Of a DNA stretch of 64,000 nt, positions 1-10,417 are shown one piece after another. Source of the stretch: Amoebidium appalachense. Its lineage: Eukaryota; Protista; Ichthyosporea. The notes under the pieces are model-generated. The model was not told where the DNA came from, ran no database searches, and worked only from the letters and a program-made list of their open reading frames with translations. Positions within the stretch are counted from its first letter, which is position 1. Each line of letters opens with the position of its first letter. The stretch lies in contig CAVNZM010000021.1 of assembly GCA_963693365.1 (NCBI GenBank), forward strand, positions 1-64,000. The letters run 5' to 3'. The translations under genes and the position numbers were made by a program.

Positions 1-310
1 CGGTGACGTCAAGGGTGCGCAGGGGTTGGTACTCGAGGGTGTGACCACGCACACCCAGTCCCCGTGCCTGCATGTCATCGACACGGGAACGCAGCCGCCA
101 GTTGCCCTCAGCGGGCATGGCGATGATCTGGGGGTCATCGGGGTGGTTGATGGGGGCGGGGGCCGGGGGGAGGCCGGGGAGGGGTGGGGGTGGGGGTGGT
201 GGGGCCAACATGGCCTGCAGAAACGGGTGGGCTTGCAGGACCTGCTGCGGGTCGGCATCCAGTGCCCGCAACAGGTCATCTTCAAACTCTTCCTGGCTCT
301 CTCTGAACAT
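1..310 (-). CDS. Hypothetical protein, partial (runs off the window start)
   Basis: Open frame from ATG 310 (MFRESQEEFEDDLLRAL...) to base 1, Pro-rich linker; weak resemblance to the N-terminus of the 2464 ORF. Confidence 0.5.
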   Translation of the reverse strand, partial: MFRESQEEFEDDLLRALDADPQQVLQAHPFLQAMLAPPPPPPPLPGLPPAPAPINHPDDPQIIAMPAEGNWRLRSRVDDMQARGLGVRGHTLEYQPLRTLDVT

Positions 311-549
311 CTTGAATGGTAACCTTAGATCTCAGGCTGTAATCTTATAAATCTCAAGTATCAATCTACTTAATAATTACTAGGCTAATCCTGGCTGTGC
401 CAGGGCAACGCCTCAATAAAGAACGGTATGCAAAATAACAAGCCTGTGCCTGTGCAATAAATCTCCAAAGCAAACATCTTGCAAAAAACAACGTCGGTAC
501 GTGTTTGTTTGTGTGTGTGTGTGTGGTCGCGGCGGCCGCCTGTGTACCT

Positions 550-759
550 AAGGCGTCCAATAAGAGACCCAGATAGACCGATCCGGGCGCTCATTGGACG
601 CCTTGGGGATGGAATGTGCTGTCCTTAATGCTCATTGGACGCCTTGTGCGGCAATTTGCTTTTTTGAGCCGAATTATCATTGGCCGCCCTGCGCATCCGT
701 AATACCATTGGACGCCTTGTACATGGAATTCAGAATTCGAATTCCCATTGGACGCCTTG
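550..759. repeat. Array of 14-bp CATTGGACGCCTTG repeats with unique spacers
   Basis: Direct copies at 592, 633, 678 (degenerate), 706, 746; inverted AAGGCGTCCAAT at 550. Confidence 0.85.
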
Positions 760-2325
760 CGCAAACCTTCGCATTCCTTTGATCCGCACTTGTGTACGCA
801 CCACATGTACGCGTACACGTACGCGTACACCGCAGACTTTTATTGGGGGGTTTGATCGAGCTCAAGCTCAATTTTCTGAAGAAGGCTTATATTTCTTTGA
901 GATTCATTCAAGGCTTTGAGGGGTATGTCAGAAATAGACTGCTATAAAGATGAAAGCAAAAACAAATATATATAAACTTTGGTATTTATTGTTGCATAAC
1001 TATGCACTAATACTCATACAGAGACTGCGATCGATAGTTTAATAACTCAATTTGCAAATATGGCTCACTATAGATAACATTTTTTGGAGTCTAGACAGCC
1101 ATTAAAGAGACCCAATCAAGCACCCGAATAATGGCTTGCCAACATTCCCCCCAGCAAACAAAATCGACAGTTCGTTTCGTGATTTGACGTGAGCAGCAAA
1201 AAGCAGAGGTTTCGCTCAAAGATTCCCTGTATAGAAAGCGTTTTCTCAGAAATTTCTTGGAAATATTCACATAAAATACTTAAGAAACGCTTTCAAAAAA
1301 CAACCCAAGACTCGTAGAGTCGAGGCTGGAACAAGCAGGCTTGGGCTGCAGCTTTTTCACCCGGAACATTCCAGATCTAGCAGCCCAATATTGCCAGTGC
1401 ACAGTTTCCTTTCGATTTTTCCATGATATATATACCAAGTTCACTTCCCATAAACTGTTTTTTTCAGGTTACTAAGTGCTTCGCCAAGGAAATCCAGGGT
1501 ATAAACAAACTGTATTTGTTATACACATGTTTACGAACTATATAAGTTTGATTGAGTACTTGTAACTACTTATACACATAGCTGAAGGACTCCCGTGCTG
1601 AATAAAATAAACGCCGGTTACACGCGATTTTGCAAGCACGTGGATATGCCGCTGCCGTTGATAGGAAACCCTGCACGGTAGCATATAGCGGGCCTCGATC
1701 GGCGCGGGGACATAGAGTCATAGACAACGGACACATATAGTACCCCCGGATTTTGGTGATTTTTTCTAGCTCGGAAATGATACATCCGGCTGTGTCAGAC
1801 CGATGCGAGATACGCCGAAAATGGCACGGGCCTGTGTAGTATAGGGAGAGCGCCCAAACGGCCGTTGGTAGCTAGGGTTGGCGGTGTATAAGGTTTGCAA
1901 GTGAAGGCCCATGTGTGCGGTTTTTTGTCAACCCGAAGATGCACGAAATAAAATGTAGGCTGCACACAGCGCTCCGAAAGGCGTTTTTATGTCTCAGGAC
2001 GTCTCCGTCTGTCTGTTGACGGTGCTGGATCTGCAGATCTGAGCTAGCGGCTTTCGTGCATGATCTATGCAGGAATTTTGCAGGGGCAGGTCGGCACGAT
2101 CTGATTGGAGGAGAGGATGGATAGGCTGCCGGGGCGCGAAAATGTGGACGCTCCGATGTGTATGCTGGTCTTTGGAAGAGCGTAGTTTGGGTCAGAGTGA
2201 AGTTTTTTCAGTCGGAAAAAAAGCAGGGGCATGCCCTCGGCGCGCTGTTTACGGCCATGTCAAGTTTGGTGCAGGCCGACGACCGGCAGGGCGCTCGTGG
2301 CTGGTGGCTTAGGGGGCTGGACAAC

Positions 2326-2377
2326 TACTGTCACTGTTACGACAGTAAACTTTTGATTGGCTGATCTGATTGGCTGA
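2326..2377. promoter_or_regulatory. CCAAT-palindrome cassette upstream of the 2464 ORF
   Basis: TACTGTC-N8-GACAGTA (centre 2336.5) followed by TGATTGGCTGA twice. Confidence 0.65.
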
Positions 2378-2463
2378 AATCGATTTGGACTCATTTTGCG
2401 GCTTTTGCTGGGGTCGCGCACATTTATTTTCTGGACCCTAATAACCCGACATTGGTCGAAACA

Positions 2464-3420
2464 ATGAACCCTCAGGAGATACAACTTGCATCCATCCCTG
2501 CCAGATGGGAGCCACGGTGTGCACTGACTGACCTTGGCATACACAGCCTGACTATTGGCCGTTCCATGGATGCCATACGTCTTGTACTGGCTGAGCAACC
2601 AAGCACAACACAAGACCTTGGGTTTACTGTGTTCAAATTTCGCATTGAGGATGGAGGCCAGGGTGTCGAACGTCCCAAACATATCAACCCTGAAGTCTTT
2701 GAAGAGTTCTTTGAGCACGTTGCCATACAGGTGGGGCGTGTCATTGGTGTGCAGAAGGGAGATCGCATTCAGATCTTCAGCGAACTTGTACGCCGCGATG
2801 TGATGGATGACCCAGTCAGAGGCAAAATTGTCATGCAGCCTATAGTGCGTCTGTCGGACGTGATCGATGTTGACCTGGTGCAGTGCCTCAGTGACTTCTA
2901 CAGTGAAATGGAAAATCGGTATGGCAGCGATACCTTTGGCTTTGAGTTCACACGCTGTCACATCATTGTGTATCTTCAGCGTCCTTCAAACATTGCCACA
3001 GCTACTCCCCTTCAAGACTCGGCTGACCCCCAGGTGCTACAGCACTGGACACTAGGCAGTTCGAACCTGCGTGTGGGTTGCCGATTGCCGCAAAATGCCA
3101 AAGATCGCGCTACTGAGGCAGTTCGCACTGTCGTGAAACTCACAAATGATGGTGCAATGGACGACTACAGTAGCAAGGGAAAATCTGACTGCTTCCCTAC
3201 CAACTTGGCTGCTGGCATTATCCTGGACAAGTTCAGGCGCCAGGAGCTTACGGGAGATAAACGCAATTTAGCAAGGAAGGCCCGCGATTATGGCAGAGAT
3301 ATTGTGAATGCAGCCAAACGTGTCCATGCCGCGGCCACCAAACCTACACTATTCGCCGATATAGAAACCAGAACATGGGAAGGTTGCTCAGGCGGGCACG
3401 GAGGTGCGGGTAGCCGTTGA
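2464..3420 (+). pseudogene. Truncated protein, possibly the N-terminal region of a Polinton-type protein-primed PolB
   Basis: GDRIQI...RTVVKLTND...DCFPTNLAAG...AKRVHAAA pattern; 3' end runs into antisense KilA-N sequence at ~3378. Confidence 0.35.
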
Positions 3421-4438
3421 GCGTGGACTTGTCCGCGTCGGTGGGGAGCACGCGCGGGTTGATGGTGTTGGGGTCGGAGTCAAACTGCTCCATCAGGGCC
3501 TGGTTGACACGGGAGCGCTCGGCGATGGTCTGGTTGGCCTGGGCAATGGTCTGGTTGGCCTGCGCCAGCATGAGGGACCTCTCGCGCAGCATGGTGTCCT
3601 TCTCGCGCATGGTGGCGTCGTAGACGGCGATCTGCTTTTCATACCCATCCTTCACAAGAGCAAGGGCCTGGGCCTGGCCTTCCTGCATCTCGGTGAAGGT
3701 GCGCTTGAGTTCGCGAATGGTGTTGTCCTTCTCCTCGATGATGGGCTTGACGGTGCTGTCGAAGAAGCTGCGCATGGCATCGAGGAAGCCGTTCGAAGGG
3801 CCCGCCCGGGCAGCACGCACCTCGTCCATGTCGATGGCCATCTTGCTGGTGGTGGCCCCAGTGTAGCTGTCGCAGATGTCGATGACGTCCGCCAGCACCG
3901 TGTAGTCACCCGTGAACATGCGCGAGAGCAGCGCGTCCGTGTGCACGGCAAAGTCGGTGGAGACGTAGCGGGCAAGCGCCGGGAAGAGCGCGATGTGAAC
4001 GAAGGTGCCGCGCAGCGCTGGGTCGCCGGACTTCTTCTTGGAATTCGAGGTATCAATGACGTCATTGACACCCAAAGGACCAATGGGAGGAATCCTGTCA
4101 AATGACAGGATTCCACTGATTGGTTCGTTGATCTTGGAGAGGACCTTGTTGATGAGCTCGTCATGGCGCGCCTTCCAGTACGCCACCTGCTTCTCAGAGC
4201 CATCCAACGATCCACCCTTCTCGGTGTTGTACTCGCGTCCCACGTTGCACAGCATGGTGCCGTTGAAGTAGACGTGCCCGTTGGGGTAGGTGGTGGTCAC
4301 GGTCAGCACCTTGTCGCCGAAGTCCATGGCGGGCGGGGCGCGCACCTCCTTGAACGCGGGGTAGGCAGGGGTTGCCGGCTCTGGGGCAGCAGCGACCACC
4401 GCGTCCTTGGGTGCAGCGACGTTCATGTCGATGTCCAT
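3344..4438 (-). CDS. KilA-N domain protein, C-terminally truncated
   Basis: VYFNGTMLC...RGTFVHIALFPALARYVSTDFA KilA-N motifs and coiled coil; loses similarity to its paralog after YPHLRARLSNL. Confidence 0.8.
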   Translation of the reverse strand: MDIDMNVAAPKDAVVAAAPEPATPAYPAFKEVRAPPAMDFGDKVLTVTTTYPNGHVYFNGTMLCNVGREYNTEKGGSLDGSEKQVAYWKARHDELINKVLSKINEPISGILSFDRIPPIGPLGVNDVIDTSNSKKKSGDPALRGTFVHIALFPALARYVSTDFAVHTDALLSRMFTGDYTVLADVIDICDSYTGATTSKMAIDMDEVRAARAGPSNGFLDAMRSFFDSTVKPIIEEKDNTIRELKRTFTEMQEGQAQALALVKDGYEKQIAVYDATMREKDTMLRERSLMLAQANQTIAQANQTIAERSRVNQALMEQFDSDPNTINPRVLPTDADKSTLNGYPHLRARLSNLPMFWFLYRRIV

Positions 4439-4439
4439 G

Positions 4440-4789
4440 CTTGCTGGGTTGTGTTCGTTCAGTACTTGAGAGCAGAATGAGGCAGAATGAAGCAGCCAGG
4501 GCGCGCATCGGCTTTATGTAGTAGCGGCGGGTGGCTCACACGGAATCAATCATGAATCAGGCATGCACTGAAAATCTTGGTCATGCGCCCCTCCATGCTT
4601 TCTGGAATTTTCCACATTCGGCCGGGGTAAAGCGGCGGTCCTTCTCTGACGTCTCGATGCAACTCCTTCGCGAACCGCCTGTATTCGAACAGCCTGAGGC
4701 TTGTCTTTCTGCACTTTATTCCAGTTTCATCCAAGTTCATATTTACAATTTTTCATTGAAATGACCAAGCGGCTAGTTGTAAGTAATGA
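4440..4789. repeat. Duplicated upstream region of the tandem KilA-N genes (partner ~6299-6612)
   Basis: Shared blocks such as TTCAGTACTTGAG, GGCTTTATGTAGTAGCGG, TTCCAGTTTCATCCAAGTT, TAGTTGTAAGTAATGAA. Confidence 0.85.
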
Positions 4790-4857
4790 ACAGAAATCAA
4801 CAATATTCCAATACCCCCCCCACACACGTACTCAACACTACCCCCCCACCCCCAACC

Positions 4858-6318
4858 CTACATGCTTTGTGTCTCTGCCTCTGCGCACTGCGCCCGCTTG
4901 CCCCATTGTTTAGCAACAAATCTGCGCCGCACGCGTTTGGTACGTGGCTTGGGAATGAGTTCCAGCTCATCCTCGATGTCTAGGGGCTTGATGCCCGGAA
5001 ACTCCTTTTCAAACAAAACTCTAGTGCGGTAGAAGCTACAAGTCTGGCTGATCTCGGGCATCTTCTCGGCAAACCATGCCTCCGTGTTGTACACCACCGT
5101 GTAGGCCATCTGTGCGGTGATCTCGGTGCAGTACTTCACCTTGCGGCCCCACGAGGCCCCCGCTCGCAGCTTGATGGCGCCCGCAAGCACCGACCTCGCC
5201 ATCACTGTGTTCACGCTATCCTCGACGACGTGTCCCAGCACCTGTACGTTGAGTATCCCCTCGACAAACTGCTGGTACAGAGTGGTCGGGCCCACGGTGC
5301 TGCCCTTGAACAGTGCCGCCACAATGCTGTTGCCGAGGTTGAGCAGGCGCACGCGCAGGTGGGGGTACCCGTCCAGGGTGCAGCCGTCGGGGCTGCTGGG
5401 TAACACGCGCTTGTTGAGGGTGTTGGGGTCGCTCTCGAACTGTTCCATGAGGGCCACGTTGATCTGCGTGGCCTGCTGCAGCATCAGCGTCTTCTGCTTG
5501 TCCAGCTCCTTGTGCTGCATCACCAGCTCCTTGCTCTCACGCACGGCCATGTTGAGCAGGTCGATGGTGAGGTTCTTATCCTTGATGGTCTCGTTCTTCT
5601 CCTTGAGCAGCGGCATGAACTTGCTGTCGAAGAACGACGTCAGCATGCCCAGCATCTGCTCACCCGTGTCCGCCCGGGCAGCACGCACCTCGTCCATGTC
5701 GATGGCCATCTTGCTGGTGGTGGCCCCAGTGTAGCTGTCGCAGATGTCGATGACGTCCGCCAGCACCGTGTAGTCGCCCGTGAACATGCGCGAGAGCAGC
5801 GCGTCCGTGTGCACGGCAAAGTCGGTGGAGACGTAGCGGGCAAGCGCCGGGAAGAGCGCGATGTGAACGAAGGTGCCGCGCAGTGCCAGGTCGCCGGTCT
5901 TCTTGTTGGCATTTGAGGTGTCGATGACGTCATCCATGGTCACGTGACGAGCGGTGCCCATGGGCACCGCTCCTTTTTGATTGGCTGACTGATCGACCTT
6001 CTCGATGATCTTGTTGATGACATCCATGTTCTTGCGGCTCCACAGCACCACCTTCTTCTCGGTGTCTTGACCTGTCTTATCCATGTTGTACTCGCGCCCC
6101 ACGTTGCACAGCATGGTGCCGTTGAAGTAGACGTGCCCGTTGGGGTAGGTGGTGGTCACGGTCAGCACCTTGTCGCCGAAGTCCATGGCGGGCGGGGCGC
6201 GCACCTCCTTGAACGCGGGGTAGGCAGGGGTTGCCGGCTGTGGGGCAGGAGCGACCATTTGTTCCTTGGGCGCAGCGACGTTGATGTCGAACTCCATGTT
6301 TGCTGGGTTGTTTGTCAT
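4858..6318 (-). CDS. KilA-N domain protein with uncharacterised C-terminal domain
   Basis: N-terminus nearly identical to 3344-4438; C-terminal domain shared with 41739-42641; alternative start 6297. Confidence 0.85.
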   Translation of the reverse strand: MTNNPANMEFDINVAAPKEQMVAPAPQPATPAYPAFKEVRAPPAMDFGDKVLTVTTTYPNGHVYFNGTMLCNVGREYNMDKTGQDTEKKVVLWSRKNMDVINKIIEKVDQSANQKGAVPMGTARHVTMDDVIDTSNANKKTGDLALRGTFVHIALFPALARYVSTDFAVHTDALLSRMFTGDYTVLADVIDICDSYTGATTSKMAIDMDEVRAARADTGEQMLGMLTSFFDSKFMPLLKEKNETIKDKNLTIDLLNMAVRESKELVMQHKELDKQKTLMLQQATQINVALMEQFESDPNTLNKRVLPSSPDGCTLDGYPHLRVRLLNLGNSIVAALFKGSTVGPTTLYQQFVEGILNVQVLGHVVEDSVNTVMARSVLAGAIKLRAGASWGRKVKYCTEITAQMAYTVVYNTEAWFAEKMPEISQTCSFYRTRVLFEKEFPGIKPLDIEDELELIPKPRTKRVRRRFVAKQWGKRAQCAEAETQSM

Positions 6319-6775
6319 TCAGTACTTGAGAGGAGAATGAAGCAGCCAGGCGCGCGTTGGCTTTATGTAGTAGCGGGTGGCTCACACGGAATCGAACACG
6401 AATCAGTCATGCACTGAATCTCCAATCGCACCCAGCCTACACTTTCTGGAATTTTCCATATTCGGCCGAACCTTCCAACTCCCTCTCCCAAAACGCACCT
6501 GTGCATCCCGCCGAACAGGCTTGTCTTTCTGCAGTTAATTCCAGTTTCATCCAAGTTTACAAATTTACAATCCTTTCATCGAGATGATCAAGTGGTTAGT
6601 TGTAAGTAATGAAGTGCCTGCCAGCGGTCGAGCCGTAGCGAGCAAGCGCCGATGTGAACTCGCTTACACATTTAGGGCATGCCCGAATCACGCCCGCGGA
6701 TGTCGCATCCGGAAAATGCCCCCGGCATAATGGCTAATCCGACCCGTGAAAACCACAAAATCCCGCTGTGCATGC

Positions 6776-6985
6776 ATGGAGTCTGGCAATACCCGGATAT
6801 GGACCTTGCTACTGCTTGCCTTTATTGCGTACTCGGTGTGGCGGGAACTGGGTGTTCCGGAAAATGATGACACGTTCTGGATCAACGATGTCGAAGCAAT
6901 GGCGCCTCGCGAGCCGATCGTCGATGATTCGAGCGGAAAGGAAGTCATCTTTCGCACCTACCGCTACCTACCGCCAGGTATATAA
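6776..6985 (+). CDS. Small membrane protein
   Basis: IWTLLLLAFIAYSVW hydrophobic helix. Confidence 0.5.
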   Translation: MESGNTRIWTLLLLAFIAYSVWRELGVPENDDTFWINDVEAMAPREPIVDDSSGKEVIFRTYRYLPPGI

Positions 6986-7078
6986 GGCGCCCTCCATACC
7001 CGAATTCAATCAGTCCACACATCCGATGAAACCTGCCAGATCAGCTGTAGAAGCCGCGCTCCGAACTGCAAGTTCAAC

Positions 7079-7438
7079 ATGGCCGCCTCGACTGACACCG
7101 CTGCCTCCGCGCCCGCTCCCGCGCTCAACACTCCCGGCTTCCCGCTCTTTGATTTCTCGACCCTACCTCCGCTCCCCGACCTTCCGGATCTCCCGAGCCT
7201 GGCCATGCCGCCCGCCCTTCCGCCCCTCCCCCTGAACCGGTTCGGCGAGGACCTCAAGCACGGGTCCTACCGCGACTACAAGGAGAGTCTGGAAGTCCTC
7301 TACCGCATAATGCAGCTGCAAGCAAGGCTGTCTTCGCCAGCCAAGTGCCAGTCCGAGAAGCGCGAGGCGGATGCTGCGCCCAGCAAGAAGCCGTCCAAGC
7401 GCGTCAAGCCCACGCTGGTGGACGCCGACGCCAGCTAG
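7079..7438 (+). CDS. Pro-rich hypothetical protein
   Basis: ATG ORF downstream of GGTATATAAGG (6977); basic C-terminus KKPSKRVK. Confidence 0.6.
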   Translation: MAASTDTAASAPAPALNTPGFPLFDFSTLPPLPDLPDLPSLAMPPALPPLPLNRFGEDLKHGSYRDYKESLEVLYRIMQLQARLSSPAKCQSEKREADAAPSKKPSKRVKPTLVDADAS

Positions 7439-7560
7439 AGTCTGTTTGGCCCGGCATCGAGTTTGTCAACTCGCGTCGGTGGACAGGACAGGATGCTCAC
7501 ATGCGCCAAATAAACTTCCCGCTTCTTGTTTACCCAATCCGCACCTTGCAAATAAAATCC

Positions 7561-7947
7561 ATGCAGACAGGGAACATGCGCACCACCCCTGCGCTCACCC
7601 TTGAGCAAATCCTGCGCGACCGTGCTGCTATGCGTGCCTTCCGTGCGTTTTTAGGTCGCGAGTATGCGGGGGAGAACGTCGACTTTTTGGACATGCTCTT
7701 GCGTTTCAAGGCTGAACCATGCGTCCCGCTTGCGCTTCTTATCCATGACTGGTACCTTGCACGGGATGCGCCCTACCCCCTCAACATCTCCGAGCAGGCC
7801 CGAAAGCGCAGCGGTGTGCCGCTGGGCCGGCTGTCTGCAGATCTCTTCAGCGACGCGGAGCGCGAGGTGCGGGCGCTTCTGCAGGGCGACAAAGTTCCAC
7901 GCTTTGCGCGCGAGTACGTGCCCGCGCACGCGTCGGAAGGGCAGTGA
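7561..7947 (+). CDS. Stand-alone RGS (regulator of G-protein signalling) domain protein
   Basis: TLEQILRD...AFRAFLGREYAGENVDF...YLARDAPYPLNIS...LFSDAEREVRALLQGDKVPRF matches the RGS-box consensus. Confidence 0.9.
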   Translation: MQTGNMRTTPALTLEQILRDRAAMRAFRAFLGREYAGENVDFLDMLLRFKAEPCVPLALLIHDWYLARDAPYPLNISEQARKRSGVPLGRLSADLFSDAEREVRALLQGDKVPRFAREYVPAHASEGQ

Positions 7948-8740
7948 AGGTGTGCAGCACAAGCCCGCCGAGCAGGATGAGAACAAGGCCCTGTGCGACA
8001 AACAGTGCGTAGGCTATGCAGCCGTGCCAGAAGAAATCGAGGTCGGTAGCCGACCATATGATCTGGTCAAGGGCAACAGCCAAGCCGCAGAACAGGGAGT
8101 AGACCGTTGCGCACATCAGCACTCCCCGCACGATACCTGACTCTGGGATGGCAGTGTGGCGTATGATACTTTCAACGTAAGTACAACCGGCCACCAGGAG
8201 AACCACGAGGATGTACTGTGTAGCCATGTGAAAGTCGGCATAGGTCTCATACGAGCACGTTTCGTTGCACGTACACAACCCCGTCAGACCCAGTACAAGG
8301 GCGGGGGCCATTACGACCGGTGGGGCCCAGGTGGTTGTCCAGGGTGGTTGTCGGACGCCGCAGAAGAGGGTACCGTTGGTTCCTGTCATGCCGCACACTA
8401 TGCGCACCAGCAGCCCCAAGGGGGAAAGAAGCATGAGCAACTTGGTTACCCAATATAGTACCCACAACCGACAGTCACAGGCATTGTGCGGGACCGTTGC
8501 ATAGATAACCCATTGGTACATGTGTGCTGCGATGCATAGTGCCGGTACATGAAACAGGTACCCCGAGTTTGCTGTCGCACTTAGATACCTTCCGCTGACT
8601 GTAGGGCCGAAGCGCTTGTGAATATACACACGTAGGGCTAGGGCTATCCCGATAACGACAGAGGCGTACACGAACAGCAGAAGCCTAAACACGGACGCAA
8701 CATGCCCCACTGTCTCGATGCTCAGGCTGGTTGAAGGCAT
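7847..8740 (-). CDS. Seven-transmembrane GPCR-like protein
   Basis: Seven hydrophobic segments; Cys before TM3 (ACDCRLW) and in the loop after TM4 (CTCNETC). Confidence 0.65.
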   Translation of the reverse strand: MPSTSLSIETVGHVASVFRLLLFVYASVVIGIALALRVYIHKRFGPTVSGRYLSATANSGYLFHVPALCIAAHMYQWVIYATVPHNACDCRLWVLYWVTKLLMLLSPLGLLVRIVCGMTGTNGTLFCGVRQPPWTTTWAPPVVMAPALVLGLTGLCTCNETCSYETYADFHMATQYILVVLLVAGCTYVESIIRHTAIPESGIVRGVLMCATVYSLFCGLAVALDQIIWSATDLDFFWHGCIAYALFVAQGLVLILLGGLVLHTFTALPTRARARTRAQSVELCRPAEAPAPRAPRR

Positions 8741-8778
8741 GTTCTACCACCACAACAATTAGTTTTGCGTTAAAGGCA

Positions 8779-9021
8779 ATGGGAAACCTCGTGGCACTCT
8801 ACTACCCCCCGACAAACACCACCCAATCACCCCCACCGACACCGGTAGCCCCGATCTCCCTTCCCAACGATCCGGAAAGCGTGACCGACAGGCTGCTTCA
8901 CGATGGTTACAAGGGAGGTGATCCCAACAGCAAGTGGAGGCGGTGGTACGAGACCTCGAAGCCACATCCGCTTCAAGCATACCACCTGCTGCAGGAGACG
9001 GGAAGCCGTGGCCCGAGATAA
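8779..9021 (+). CDS. Hypothetical protein, in frame with the downstream Fic-like ORF
   Basis: MGNLVALYYP start; a single TAA at 9019 separates it from 9058 in the same frame. Confidence 0.4.
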   Translation: MGNLVALYYPPTNTTQSPPPTPVAPISLPNDPESVTDRLLHDGYKGGDPNSKWRRWYETSKPHPLQAYHLLQETGSRGPR

Positions 9022-9057
9022 CAGAACCCCTGCCCAAATTATGTATGCCTTATTTGC

Positions 9058-9870
9058 ATGGACCGCGAAGACATCAGCTCATACGAAACCACTGGCGGGC
9101 TCTGCCTTGGCTGGTACCCGCCGCTGCCAACCTTCTGGCACGCCGCTTCCGACCAACCCCCCGAAGAGGAACTGGCCGAAGCAACCATGATGTTCAGGAA
9201 CAATCTCGAGGCGTTCGCCGGGATACCTCGCAACAGGCACATCATACGTAATTACGCCAAATTCAAGACGAGTCTGTTCCTGGACAGCCTCCCGGAGAAG
9301 TGCGAGTTTAGCAGGGGGAATTTCACCGGCAAGAAGCGGATGCGCTGCTATGAGAACGCGCTCAGCTATTCCTTGGCATCCATGGCACGTCCGCGTCACA
9401 TCGATGCAAACTTCATCAACATGGTGGCCGCCATGTGCGAGGGCCGCGAGGCATTCACCCCCCGCACACAGCACGTAGTCGGGCTGAGCGGACAGGCCAC
9501 CGTGGCGCCTGAGCTGATACCGGTAGCGGCTGCTGACCTCCTTGACACGCTTCAGTTTCGTGAGCAGGAGGCCAGCGCGTCACACCTGCTGCATCTGTGC
9601 CGCCAGGCCGCGCTGTGGATGGGGCGAATGAGCATCATCCATGCGCTTAAGGATGGTGTAGACAACATGGCGTTCATGGTGATCACCGTTTCTGCTATTC
9701 TAAGCCAGTACTCGTTCGGGCCGCTTCTGTTTGGGAACCTGTTCCGGCGCTGCATCGAACTGGGCGCGGCAGAGAACCCGCCCAGCTACGAACTCCTAGC
9801 TCGCTGGCTGCTGGAGGCCGTGTACTCCAACATGCGTAACGCGGCTGTTGTGCTAGATCTGATCTCGTGA
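9058..9870 (+). CDS. Degenerate Fic/Doc-like protein
   Basis: APELIPVAAADLL...IIHALKDGVDNM at the position expected for HPFxDGNGR. Confidence 0.5.
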   Translation: MDREDISSYETTGGLCLGWYPPLPTFWHAASDQPPEEELAEATMMFRNNLEAFAGIPRNRHIIRNYAKFKTSLFLDSLPEKCEFSRGNFTGKKRMRCYENALSYSLASMARPRHIDANFINMVAAMCEGREAFTPRTQHVVGLSGQATVAPELIPVAAADLLDTLQFREQEASASHLLHLCRQAALWMGRMSIIHALKDGVDNMAFMVITVSAILSQYSFGPLLFGNLFRRCIELGAAENPPSYELLARWLLEAVYSNMRNAAVVLDLIS

Positions 9871-9871
9871 A

Positions 9872-9902
<31 letters not shown>

Positions 9903-10417
9903 TACACACTTTTCATTGTTTTTTCGTATACTCTGATCTGATCTTAGGTGTACACTCCAGATGTGACACGATGACGACACACCCATGCCAAAGTCATCAT
10001 GTATCAAGATCGATCAGACATCAGATCCAGTTTATTGACAAGTCAGGTAGTGAGGAATCAATAGTGGCTCAGAATATATATTTGATGTTTGATATTTGAT
10101 ATTTGGATATCGAAAAGCATGACAATAAAGTACATGTATGCAAACCAAGCAGGGCACGAGCCTTGGGCAGAAAATTATACAACCCATTGTGGTGCTGACT
10201 GCTAGATAACGTGTCATGGTCCCATAACTTCGCAACATCACCAACCCTAATACCTGCGCATCACTACAAATTGCGGAACGTGCGTTTGTGTTGAAGCACG
10301 TACCCCGCGTGACTCAACTCCATTCGGAAAGCCAAATCGGTAGGCCAATCGGACCGGGGATTGGCTCATCGGGCTAACCAATCGGATCGCGCACATAATT
10401 TCGAGTCAATCGTGACG

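Noticed and set aside
550-759. Canonical CRISPR array
   Set aside because: The repeat is only 14 bp, spacing is irregular and no cas genes are visible; reported as a repeat array instead.
2260-2961. 233-aa minus-strand ORF
   Set aside because: It is antisense to the more plausible 2464 ORF and runs through the CCAAT cassette.
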